Origin: an uncultured delta proteobacterium
GTDB taxonomy: Bacteria > Desulfobacterota > Desulfomonilia > UBA1062
Length of the DNA stretch: 64,000 nt
Direction of reading: 5' to 3'
NCBI GenBank assembly: GCA_963798485.1
Contig: CAWCTR010000005.1
Location: 32,001-96,000 of the forward strand
Shown piece after piece: positions 51,654 to 59,564 of this stretch (positions within the stretch are counted from its first letter, which is position 1; the number at the start of each line of letters is the position of its first letter). A model generated the notes under the pieces. The model saw only the letters and a program-made list of their open reading frames with translations, was not told the DNA's origin and did not search any database. A program made the position numbers and the translations under genes.

Positions 51654-52823
51654 ATGAATTACGGCCGCTACGAGATCGTCAAGGAACTGGGGAAGGGTGC
51701 CATGGGCGTTGTCTACCAGGCCCACGACCCGCATATAGATAGGATGATCGCCCTGAAGGTGCTCAGGCCCGACCGCGTGAGCAGCGAGGACTTTGTCCAG
51801 AGATTTCTCAAGGAGGCCAAGGCCATCGGCCGCATGTCGCACACGAATATCGTAACGGTATATGATGTGGGCGAAGACCAGGGAACGGTCTATATTGCCA
51901 TGGAATATCTCGAAGGCGTGCCGCTCAATACCTATAGCAGCGAAAAGCCCCTTGATGCCGAGGAGATCGCCGGGATAGGCATCCAGGTGGCGGACAGTCT
52001 CGACTATGCCCATACCAGGGGAATAGTGCACCGCGACATCAAGCCGCAGAACATCATGGTCGCCCCGGGCGGGGTGGTGAAGCTGACGGATTTCGGCATT
52101 GCCCACATCGAAGACCCTTCTGCAAGCCAGCAGACACAGGCGGGCGAGATCCTGGGCACGCCGAACTATATGTCGCCGGAACAGGTCATGGGTAAAAAGG
52201 CTGACGGCCGGTCCGACCTCTATTCGCTCGGCGTCATCCTCTACGAACTTGCCACCGGAACGAAACCCTTCAAGGGCGACAACCTGGCAGCCATCTTCCA
52301 TGCCATCACCTCGGAAACCCCGGCAAGGCCGGATAAGGTCAATGCCGAGTTCCCTCCCAAATTTTCCCAGATAATCATGAAGTGCCTTCAGAAGGAGCCT
52401 GATGAGCGTTTTGCCAACGGCCACGACCTTGCCGCCGGCCTGAGGTCTTTCCTTAAGGCGCAAAGGCCCGGCGCCACGGATGCATTACCGGAAAAGAAGA
52501 TATCTGTGGTGAAGGTTCTTGCAGCGGTTATCGTTCTGATGGTTATAGCTGCGGGTGCGATCTTTTTCATGACCTCAAAAAAGGGGGCGCCCGTCGAGAT
52601 GGGGGCCTTCAATGTTCAGAGCGTTCCGGCAGGGGCGCAGGTCTATATCGACGGCACCTTCAAGGGTAAATCCCCGCTGGCACTCGAACTGCCCATCGGA
52701 GGCCACGAGGTGCGCATGATCATGCCCGAGTACTACGACTGGGAGGCCCAGGTGCAGGTCGAAAAGCAACCGGTACCACCGCTGAAGGTAGAACTGGTGC
52801 CCGTGGAAAAGAGCGGCCAGTAA
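51654..52823 (+). CDS. Hanks-type Ser/Thr kinase with TM and PEGA domain
   Basis: LGKGAMGVVY, HRDIKPQN, DFG, YMSPEQ; TM; SVPAGAQVYIDG. Confidence 0.95.
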   Translation: MNYGRYEIVKELGKGAMGVVYQAHDPHIDRMIALKVLRPDRVSSEDFVQRFLKEAKAIGRMSHTNIVTVYDVGEDQGTVYIAMEYLEGVPLNTYSSEKPLDAEEIAGIGIQVADSLDYAHTRGIVHRDIKPQNIMVAPGGVVKLTDFGIAHIEDPSASQQTQAGEILGTPNYMSPEQVMGKKADGRSDLYSLGVILYELATGTKPFKGDNLAAIFHAITSETPARPDKVNAEFPPKFSQIIMKCLQKEPDERFANGHDLAAGLRSFLKAQRPGATDALPEKKISVVKVLAAVIVLMVIAAGAIFFMTSKKGAPVEMGAFNVQSVPAGAQVYIDGTFKGKSPLALELPIGGHEVRMIMPEYYDWEAQVQVEKQPVPPLKVELVPVEKSGQ

Positions 52824-52874
52824 TGGATGGGTGAGAATAATGCCCGCACATTCCGAGTGAAGAGAAACAAGCCC

Positions 52875-52898
52875 TGTAGGAGCGGCTTCAGCCGCGAT
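52875..52898 (+). repeat. GTAG-type REP
   Basis: Exact TGTAGGAGCGGCTTCAGCCGCGAT. Confidence 0.8.
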
Positions 52899-53047
52899 TG
52901 CCCATCATGTATCAAAAGAGAAGATATAGGAGTCGAGAAGAAATGGAGTCGGGCCGAGGTAAGTCTTTTTAAAATGCTGACAGGGTACCCCTTTATGAAT
53001 ATAGTTATTTAGGTGATAATAGGTCAAGGGAAGTTTGCCCGAAAATG

Positions 53048-53099
53048 TGTCCAATATCATATTATCAAGGCAAATCTACCTGATAATCAATGGTTCGCC
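53048..53099 (+). other. Putative attI-like site at the head of the cassette array
   Basis: Core GTTCGCC (53093) complements the first attC R'' GGCGAAC; upstream is AT-rich and not an attC. Confidence 0.5.
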
Positions 53100-53126
53100 A
53101 TCTAGAATTCAATATTCGAGGTGATT

Positions 53127-53372
53127 ATGGAATTCAATAAAGACAAAGTTGATGAGTATACATTGGCTTTGCTCTACTTGGTCATGTGGGAAGAAAATAA
53201 TTATGCCCGAATGGCATGGAAGAATTTCGATTGGGATACAATGAATCGCCTTTGTGAGAAGGGTTACATCTTTGATCCCAAGAACAAATCAAAATCTGTT
53301 GCGGTAACTGAAGAAGGTTTTAACAAGGCAAAGGAACTTTTTCAAAAGTTCTTTGGTGAAGGCAATGAATAG
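53127..53372 (+). CDS. DUF6429-like small protein (cassette)
   Basis: TLALLYL..AWKNFDW..MNRL.EKGYI.DP..KSKSV..TEEG. Confidence 0.8.
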   Translation: MEFNKDKVDEYTLALLYLVMWEENNYARMAWKNFDWDTMNRLCEKGYIFDPKNKSKSVAVTEEGFNKAKELFQKFFGEGNE

Positions 53373-53383
53373 TAATCGCCTTC

Positions 53384-53477
53384 GGCGAACAAGCAAATCC
53401 AGCGGACCACTGGGGCCGTTTGTCATTGCTGATTCAACGATCACCTGCCCCAATGGCCGCTGATCCGCGCGTTCGCA
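53384..53477 (+). repeat. attC site
   Basis: GGCGAAC..ATCCAGCGG...CCGCTGAT..GTTCGCA. Confidence 0.9.
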
Positions 53478-53488
53478 CCGCTTCGCGG

Positions 53489-53644
53489 TGCGAACAACCG
53501 AGTTGACCGACTGCGTCAGGTCGCCCGACTGGCCTGCTCCGCTTCGCTGCGCGAACCAGTCGTTCGACCTGACTTTTTGCCCTGCCAATCGGTCGCTACG
53601 CGCCCATTGGCAGGGCAAAAAGTCGGTCAACTCGGTCGTTGGGC
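53489..53644 (+). repeat. Atypical long branched attC-like site
   Basis: TGCGAAC AACCGAGTTGACCGACT ... AGTCGGTCAACTCGGTC GTTGGGC with two internal hairpins. Confidence 0.75.
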
Positions 53645-53731
53645 CACGGAGACTGATCCAGAGTAGGATAGGTGAGTATGGGATACCAGTGGGCAGCACG
53701 ATAGGCGCTCACTTCAACTGAGGAGGATACT

Positions 53732-54646
53732 ATGGATACCAATTCTATTCTCGCAATTATTGGAGCTGTTCTGGGACTTCTGGCCATTGTGCTGGTCTTT
53801 GTCTTCCGAGATTTCCAGAGAGAACGAGTGGTCAGTGCAATCGAAACTCGTCTCGAATCGTTTAATCAAAACGCTCGGGCTACCTTAGATAAAGCATCTG
53901 CAATAATACAAGAACTGCAAGAGGTACGCTCTGCCTCTCAAAATCTGCGTCCTGATCTCTCCATCTTTTTGGCTACACAATGGAAATTCATTGAAAAGGT
54001 TTTCCGCTATCGATTCGAGAAACATGGGATAGCTAGAAAGATTGCAACAAAGCACATTCGCGACAATATGTCCGTTCTCTTAGATTCCGGATCTACGACA
54101 GACTTGGTAACGTCTGAGCTTCTCCTGAATCCATTCAGTGGAATGAATATATACTCCAACAATGTTTTCGCTGCAATGCATTTAGTAGGTACCCGGGCAG
54201 TGTCATTCTATCTCCTGCCGGGTAGGTTCAGCGAAATCTATGCCGCAGTTTACAGCCCCGAAGCAAATAGACAAATAGGTCAGATGGGGTTCAATTTGTT
54301 CGTCCTTGCCACCACGACCCTAAGATTCGAAAACGGCATAATGGTTCACATCTCTGACGACGATAACTATGAATTCAAACGAACAGCCTTGATGACATTC
54401 GCTCACAACACTGAAAGCAAACTGTTGATCGCATTAGACGCATCTAAGTTTTTTGAGCCTATTGGTAAATATCGGGGAGTAGTTACGCCTAATGAGTGGA
54501 GAGACATTCTATCCCGAGCGGCATCACGTATTGTGATCGTTACGTCACCCCCTTCGCCAGATTTTAGCGCGCAGCAACTTACTCTCCTTCAGGAAGAGAT
54601 TGCCAAGTTTAGGGGTACTGGGATACTAGTAGACGACGCGTGTTAG
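53732..54646 (+). CDS. TM + coiled coil + DeoR C-terminal sensor domain protein (cassette)
   Basis: N-terminal TM; K.GIARKIA..IRDNMSVLLDSGSTT, YSNN, LLPG, DASKF; no HTH. Confidence 0.8.
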   Translation: MDTNSILAIIGAVLGLLAIVLVFVFRDFQRERVVSAIETRLESFNQNARATLDKASAIIQELQEVRSASQNLRPDLSIFLATQWKFIEKVFRYRFEKHGIARKIATKHIRDNMSVLLDSGSTTDLVTSELLLNPFSGMNIYSNNVFAAMHLVGTRAVSFYLLPGRFSEIYAAVYSPEANRQIGQMGFNLFVLATTTLRFENGIMVHISDDDNYEFKRTALMTFAHNTESKLLIALDASKFFEPIGKYRGVVTPNEWRDILSRAASRIVIVTSPPSPDFSAQQLTLLQEEIAKFRGTGILVDDAC

Positions 54647-54773
54647 GGAGCGCGCCAGGGACGACCACGTCGGACGAGTTGGTAAGACGAGTCGTAGTTG
54701 ACTAACGTTACAGAGTCCGGGAAGTGGTGGAGGCAACCATTGACAGTGGACAACATGAAGGGCATAAACCATT

Positions 54774-54830
54774 GCCCAACAAGGCAATCCAGCGGACGTC
54801 TTGCAGCCGCCGCTGATTTATGTGTTAGCG
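54774..54830 (+). repeat. attC site
   Basis: GCCCAAC..AATCCAGCGG...CCGCTGATT..GTTAGCG. Confidence 0.9.
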
Positions 54831-54835
54831 CTCAG

Positions 54836-55402
54836 ATGTCATACATCTCCGAAGCCATCGCAGAGATTCATATGGCATTGGATTCAAACCCCAATGAGCG
54901 CCACCTGCTTGACCTTATCGACCAGAACCTCACTTCGCTCAGGTCCCGATATCGAACACACCGGAGCGAATTCACAGATGGCGCCATCCAGTTCTTAAAG
55001 TCGCTATCCCCGTTTCAAGAGGCTCTCCGCGAATTCATTGATGCCATCGAGGAAAAGGACTGGATTCGCACTCGCGACGACGCACAGGAACTTGCCGGTC
55101 GATTTGGCGAGCTTAGAGATCGATTGTTTCCTCATCTGGTATTCAAGCGGGCTGAAAAGGAGCTTCGTGAAGTTACCTCAAAGGCACAGTCCCTACCATT
55201 TGCCGCTGTAGTGGCAGGTGAAGCCGAATTTAACCGTCGACTTGCCCACCTTGAAAGAAATGCTCAGCCGTGCCAGAAATGCGGAGCGAAGATGGCGCTT
55301 CGTGAAAGCCAACATGGCTATTTCTGGGGGTGCAGTACATTTCCGCAGTGCTTCAGCCGGCGATGGCTGTCTTCCGAGGAATCGGAGTTCCTGTTCCCAT
55401 GA
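54836..55402 (+). CDS. Helical protein with topoisomerase-type C4 zinc ribbon (cassette)
   Basis: CQKCGAKMALRES..GYFWGCSTFPQC; ATG just after attC. Confidence 0.8.
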   Translation: MSYISEAIAEIHMALDSNPNERHLLDLIDQNLTSLRSRYRTHRSEFTDGAIQFLKSLSPFQEALREFIDAIEEKDWIRTRDDAQELAGRFGELRDRLFPHLVFKRAEKELREVTSKAQSLPFAAVVAGEAEFNRRLAHLERNAQPCQKCGAKMALRESQHGYFWGCSTFPQCFSRRWLSSEESEFLFP

Positions 55403-55403
55403 G

Positions 55404-55496
55404 CGCTAACCTCTCGGTCAACCGGACATGCAAGCGATGCTTGCAGGTTCCCCCCGGTCTTTGGCCTCCGGCGGCCGGTTACCTCAAACATTAGCT
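55404..55496 (+). repeat. attC site with mutated core (ATTAGCT)
   Basis: CGCTAAC..GGTCAACCGG...CCGGTTACC..ATTAGCT; the next cassette ends AGCTAAC. Confidence 0.85.
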
Positions 55497-55508
55497 CTTA
55501 GGTAAAAT

Positions 55509-56114
55509 ATGGATACTATTTCACCTGTCATATCAATTGTCGCCCTTATTGTTTCGCTGTTTACGGCGTGGTTCACAATTCTTCGTCGTGGTTCGGTGCG
55601 TAGTACACATCCTTCATTTGTTGCGTTTCGCTATGACTTTGTGGACAAGCCAGTTCCACAGGCTAAGATATTCCTACGCACCCTGCTTTTTTCTACAGGC
55701 AAAAGAGGGTTGGTTATCGAGAGTCTCTTCCTTCGTGTGAGCGAAGGGACGCGCTCCGAGGAGTTTTCTTTCTGGGGATATGGGGACAAAGACCTTGTTC
55801 GTGGTAGTGGTATTTTCGTACCTGAGACTGGTGTCGTAACAAATCACCATTTCAATCCATTACATACTGAAACTCTGTTTCGGTTCTCACATGGGACATA
55901 TAGGTTGGAGCTGGTTGCCAAACTTGCTGCAAGGAAGGGCTTGGTCTCACTTTGGGATATAGCATTAGATATTCCAACCGGTGCCTATGATACCAGCATA
56001 GCGCGCGAAACAGCAGTATTCTTCAACTGGTCACCGGAGGAACGACGTTACGTCGGCACTATTGAAAAGCGGTCAGGCTTTATCAATGCCTTTTCTGACC
56101 CGACCGAGAGCTAA
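55509..56114 (+). CDS. Hypothetical protein with N-terminal TM (cassette)
   Basis: Hydrophobic N-terminus, beta-rich domain; stop lies within R'' AGCTAAC. Confidence 0.75.
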   Translation: MDTISPVISIVALIVSLFTAWFTILRRGSVRSTHPSFVAFRYDFVDKPVPQAKIFLRTLLFSTGKRGLVIESLFLRVSEGTRSEEFSFWGYGDKDLVRGSGIFVPETGVVTNHHFNPLHTETLFRFSHGTYRLELVAKLAARKGLVSLWDIALDIPTGAYDTSIARETAVFFNWSPEERRYVGTIEKRSGFINAFSDPTES

Positions 56115-56158
56115 CCATTTAGGATTGAGACGACCTGAAAGATCGTATTCAATCCATT

Positions 56159-56222
56159 GTTCAACCACGGCATGCAGCGTATCGCCAATAAAGCCGGCTC
56201 CCGGTGATGCCTGCCGTTATAC
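56159..56222 (+). repeat. attC site (diverged)
   Basis: GTTCAAC..GGCATGCAGCG...CGGTGATGCC..GTTATAC. Confidence 0.75.
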
Positions 56223-56377
56223 AGAGGAGGTGGAGGCACACTATGGTTCCGCAGAGTAATAGTATGGAACCTAATTACTCGGTCTTTTACTACCTCGACC
56301 ATCTGAAACATTCAGTCGGAACTGAGGGAAAAAGGAAAAAGGGAAGGAAAAAGGGGACAGATTTATTTTTTGATAAT

Positions 56378-56431
56378 GTCTAACCAAATCCAGCGGACAG
56401 CTTATAGCCGCCGCTGATCCGCACGTTCGGT
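56378..56431 (+). repeat. attC site (spacer deletion)
   Basis: GTCTAAC.AAATCCAGCGG...CCGCTGAT..GTTCGGT. Confidence 0.8.
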
Positions 56432-56439
56432 GACAAGAT

Positions 56440-57501
56440 ATGATGAAATTGATTGATTTAGGTTTTGATCCCTGGTTTGAAGCACATGTCGAGGACATGC
56501 GCCAAGAGGATCAAGGCATTGCTCGTGTGTCAGCAGTTGACCGCAACTCGTATATTATCAGGAATGAGCTCAGAGAGATTCCAGCTGAACTTGCAGGGAA
56601 GTTCTATTTCCGTGTTGAGTCCTCGGTTAAACTACCATGTGTCGGCGATTGGGTCACCGTGCAGTATCATAATGATGACACCTCGGCAATCATCCATGGA
56701 GTCTTTCCACGAAGGACGTTTTTACGCCGAAAGCGTGCCGGCATAGAAGTGGACTACCAGATGATTGCAGCCAACATTGATATCGCTTTCATTGTCCAGT
56801 CATGTCACTTTGACTTTAATCTACCTAGACTGAATCGGTATTTAGTAATGGCAGCTGACGGACATGTTGAGCCGATTGTCATTCTTGCCAAAACGGACTT
56901 GATCTCCCACGATGAGCTGCAACAGAAGCTTGCGGCTATTAGACAGGCTGGCATCACGACCAGGGTTATTGCACTCAGTAACATAACCGGCTCCGGATTT
57001 GACGAATTCCACCAGGTATTAATACCGGGTCGAACATATTGCCTGCTTGGGTCATCCGGAGTCGGCAAGACTACACTGATCAATCATCTGATTGGCCGGG
57101 ATGATCTTGATACTAAAGCTGTCAGTGGAACAGGAGAAGGCACACACACAACAGCGCGTCGGCAACTCATTGTTCTTGATAAAGGAATGATGTTCATTGA
57201 TACACCTGGAATGAGAGAACTAGGCCTTCTGGGCGCCAGTGACGGGGTAAACAAAGGGTTTGAAGATATTATTGAGCTTTCCATGGCATGTCGCTATGCC
57301 GATTGCAGCCATACTCAGGAATCAGACTGTGCAGTTCTTACTGCAATTACAAATGGCGAGTTGAGTGAAGAGCGCTATTCTAGTTATTTAAAACTCAGGA
57401 AAGAGTCAGAGCACTATGAGATGTCGTACTTGGACAAACGTAAAAAGGACAGAGCATTCGGACGCTTCGTTAAGACAGCAAAGAAGAATATGAAAAAATG
57501 A
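56440..57501 (+). CDS. rsgA: Ribosome small subunit-dependent GTPase A paralog (cassette)
   Basis: VGDWV, IAANID, KTDL, GSSGVGKTT, HTT, IDTPGMRE, CRYADCSH...DCAV. Confidence 0.92.
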   Translation: MMKLIDLGFDPWFEAHVEDMRQEDQGIARVSAVDRNSYIIRNELREIPAELAGKFYFRVESSVKLPCVGDWVTVQYHNDDTSAIIHGVFPRRTFLRRKRAGIEVDYQMIAANIDIAFIVQSCHFDFNLPRLNRYLVMAADGHVEPIVILAKTDLISHDELQQKLAAIRQAGITTRVIALSNITGSGFDEFHQVLIPGRTYCLLGSSGVGKTTLINHLIGRDDLDTKAVSGTGEGTHTTARRQLIVLDKGMMFIDTPGMRELGLLGASDGVNKGFEDIIELSMACRYADCSHTQESDCAVLTAITNGELSEERYSSYLKLRKESEHYEMSYLDKRKKDRAFGRFVKTAKKNMKK

Positions 57502-57510
57502 ATGACGTGC

Positions 57511-57565
57511 ACCGAACACGGCTCCAGCGGACGCGCTGACACGCGCCGCTGACCCATGACGTGTC
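57511..57565 (+). repeat. Degenerate attC
   Basis: ACCGAAC..CTCCAGCGGACGCG..CGCGCCGCTGA; R' lost. Confidence 0.7.
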
Positions 57566-57632
57566 ATAATCGCGTGCCCCGACGTCTTAGCGCAGCAATC
57601 TTCACCAGAGCACTATGTAAGGAGCATCACAG

Positions 57633-58070
57633 ATGTCCATCAGTAGCAATGCCAAAGAGATACTCACTCAATTTACCCGCGAGGTATGGAGTGAAGGCAA
57701 TATCGAAGCCTCAGATAAATATATCGCACCAAGATACACAATTCATCACGACCCTGGCGATCCATGGGAAGGTCGGGAACTCGACCTCGCAGGCTACAAG
57801 GAGCGTGTCAAAACATTGCGTGCTGCGTTTCCCGATCAGTTCTTCGACATACAGGGACTTTTTGCCGACGGCGACGCTGTTGTGATGACTTGGCTCTGGT
57901 CAGCCACGCACAAGGGAGACATTCCTGGATTTCCCGCCACAGGCAAACAAATCAAGATGTCTGGAGCTACGGTTTACTATTTCGATGGTAGCCGACTCAC
58001 TGGGCATTGGCAGATCACTGATCGTCTTGGCGTGTATCAGCAGTTACAACGGGCGTCTACTGGTGCCTGA
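57633..58070 (+). CDS. SnoaL-like ester cyclase (NTF2 fold)
   Basis: RAAFPD, ATHKGD..GFPATGK, HWQ..D.LG..QQL. Confidence 0.88.
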   Translation: MSISSNAKEILTQFTREVWSEGNIEASDKYIAPRYTIHHDPGDPWEGRELDLAGYKERVKTLRAAFPDQFFDIQGLFADGDAVVMTWLWSATHKGDIPGFPATGKQIKMSGATVYYFDGSRLTGHWQITDRLGVYQQLQRASTGA

Positions 58071-58122
58071 CGAATGCAGCCCAATTCAAACGTTAGCCAC
58101 CCAATAAATATCCTGTGATAAT

Positions 58123-58635
58123 ATGAAGTTTAAAATGATCATAAGGAATGAAACAATTTCAGATATTGAAGCGATATCGAAAGTTACCATTGACGCCTTC
58201 CAGAATCTTGCAATCAGTAATCATACGGAGCAATTCATAATAAATGCATTACGGGATGCAAATGTACTGACCATTTCGCTAGTCGCAGAAGAAGATGGAA
58301 AAGTGGTAGGCCATATAGCGTTCTCGCCTATAGCCATCTCCGATGGCAGCCTTAATTGGTATGGCCTAGGCCCTATATCTGTCTTGCCAAAATATCAGAA
58401 ACAGGGCATTGGAAAATCACTTATTCTAAAAGGATTATCCTTACTGAAAGACATGGGTGGCCAAGGCTGTGCACTAGTAGGTGACCCAAACTACTATAAA
58501 CGCTTCGGCTTTAAAAATATTCCAGATTTAATTCATGAAGGTATTCCACAAGAAGTCTTTCTTGTCTTGCCGTTTGATAATAAAATACCTCAAGGCACTG
58601 TCGTGTTTCACAAAGGGTTTTTGGCAAATGGCTAA
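58123..58635 (+). CDS. GNAT acetyltransferase (YhbS-like, cassette)
   Basis: VGHIAFSP, LGPISVLP.YQKQGIG, VGDPNYYKRFGF; flanked by GTTAGCC and GGCTAAC. Confidence 0.92.
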   Translation: MKFKMIIRNETISDIEAISKVTIDAFQNLAISNHTEQFIINALRDANVLTISLVAEEDGKVVGHIAFSPIAISDGSLNWYGLGPISVLPKYQKQGIGKSLILKGLSLLKDMGGQGCALVGDPNYYKRFGFKNIPDLIHEGIPQEVFLVLPFDNKIPQGTVVFHKGFLANG

Positions 58636-58681
58636 CCAGTGCATCCAACGGCCGCGGGCCGCTGATTTCGCATAGTAGGCC
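58630..58681 (+). repeat. Degenerate attC
   Basis: GGCTAAC..ATCCAACGG..CCGCTGAT..GTAGGCC. Confidence 0.65.
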
Positions 58682-58701
58682 TAACCCTTGGAGGTTGATT
58701 C

Positions 58702-59472
58702 ATGAAGATACAACATATCCGAAATGCGTGCATGGTCATTCATTCCAATGCGCATAGGATCTTAGTGGATCCCTGCCTGAACCCGAAAGGCAGTCTGCCG
58801 CCGTATACCCTATTCCGCAAGAGGCCCCGGCTTAACCCTCTTGTTGGTTTACCCCCAAACTCGGAATCCTTATTGAGCCAGATAACATCCGGACTCATTA
58901 CCCATTGCCGTTACGGACATTTCGATCATCTTGATAAATCAGGAGTTCGCCTGTTGGCCCAGAAACAGGTGCCTGTATATTGCAACCGCCTTGATGAACC
59001 GTTTCTGAGACGGCGCCGCATCAATACAATCCCCCTTACAATGAATCAGAGAACGGGATTTCTGACAGGGAGCATTACCCCCTTTCCTACTGCACATGGA
59101 CACGGTTTAATCGGTAAGTTCATGGGGCCGGGAACAGGTTATTTTATTGAACCGGCGGGAGACAAAACCATTTACATCAGCGGCGATACGGTTATGACCC
59201 AGACTGTCCGCCATGTACTGAACGACCTTCGACCTGATATTTCAATAGTAAATGCAGGAACGGCAACCCTGGATTTCGGCAGACCTATCCTTATGCCTAT
59301 TCAGGAGCAGTTGGATTTCATAAGGACCGCACCCGGCAAGGTCATTGCCGTGCATCTGGATGCCTTCAATCATTGTTTAACAACCCGTGATATCCTGAGA
59401 GATGCCGTTTCGAGAGAAGGGTTATCCCACAAGGTGATGATTCCGGAAGACGGAGAATTAATGGAGTTTTAA
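58702..59472 (+). CDS. MBL-fold metallo-hydrolase
   Basis: TH....HFDHLD, AHG, YISGDT, AVHLDAFNHC. Confidence 0.9.
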   Translation: MKIQHIRNACMVIHSNAHRILVDPCLNPKGSLPPYTLFRKRPRLNPLVGLPPNSESLLSQITSGLITHCRYGHFDHLDKSGVRLLAQKQVPVYCNRLDEPFLRRRRINTIPLTMNQRTGFLTGSITPFPTAHGHGLIGKFMGPGTGYFIEPAGDKTIYISGDTVMTQTVRHVLNDLRPDISIVNAGTATLDFGRPILMPIQEQLDFIRTAPGKVIAVHLDAFNHCLTTRDILRDAVSREGLSHKVMIPEDGELMEF

Positions 59473-59476
59473 ACTC

Positions 59477-59533
59477 GGCCGACAAAGGCGCTCCAGCGGA
59501 CACGAAGCAGCCCATGGAAACGGGATGTCGGCG
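59477..59533 (+). repeat. Degenerate attC remnant
   Basis: GGCCGAC AAAGGCGCTCCAGCGGAC ... GTCGGCG. Confidence 0.5.
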
Positions 59534-59564
59534 AATGATCCCTAGGGACTTAAGGGGGTAAATT

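Noticed and set aside
51630-52463. 277-aa minus-strand ORF
   Set aside because: Shadow of the Ser/Thr kinase.
52824-53092. Possible integron integrase upstream of the array
   Set aside because: Only about 270 bp; no tyrosine-recombinase motifs seen here or elsewhere in the window.
54698-54835. Longer start for the zinc-ribbon ORF
   Set aside because: Reads through an attC site; ATG 54836 fits the cassette boundary.
58702-59472. MBL-fold cassette as a beta-lactamase
   Set aside because: No signal peptide and atypical motif spacing; a generic metallo-hydrolase is more likely.
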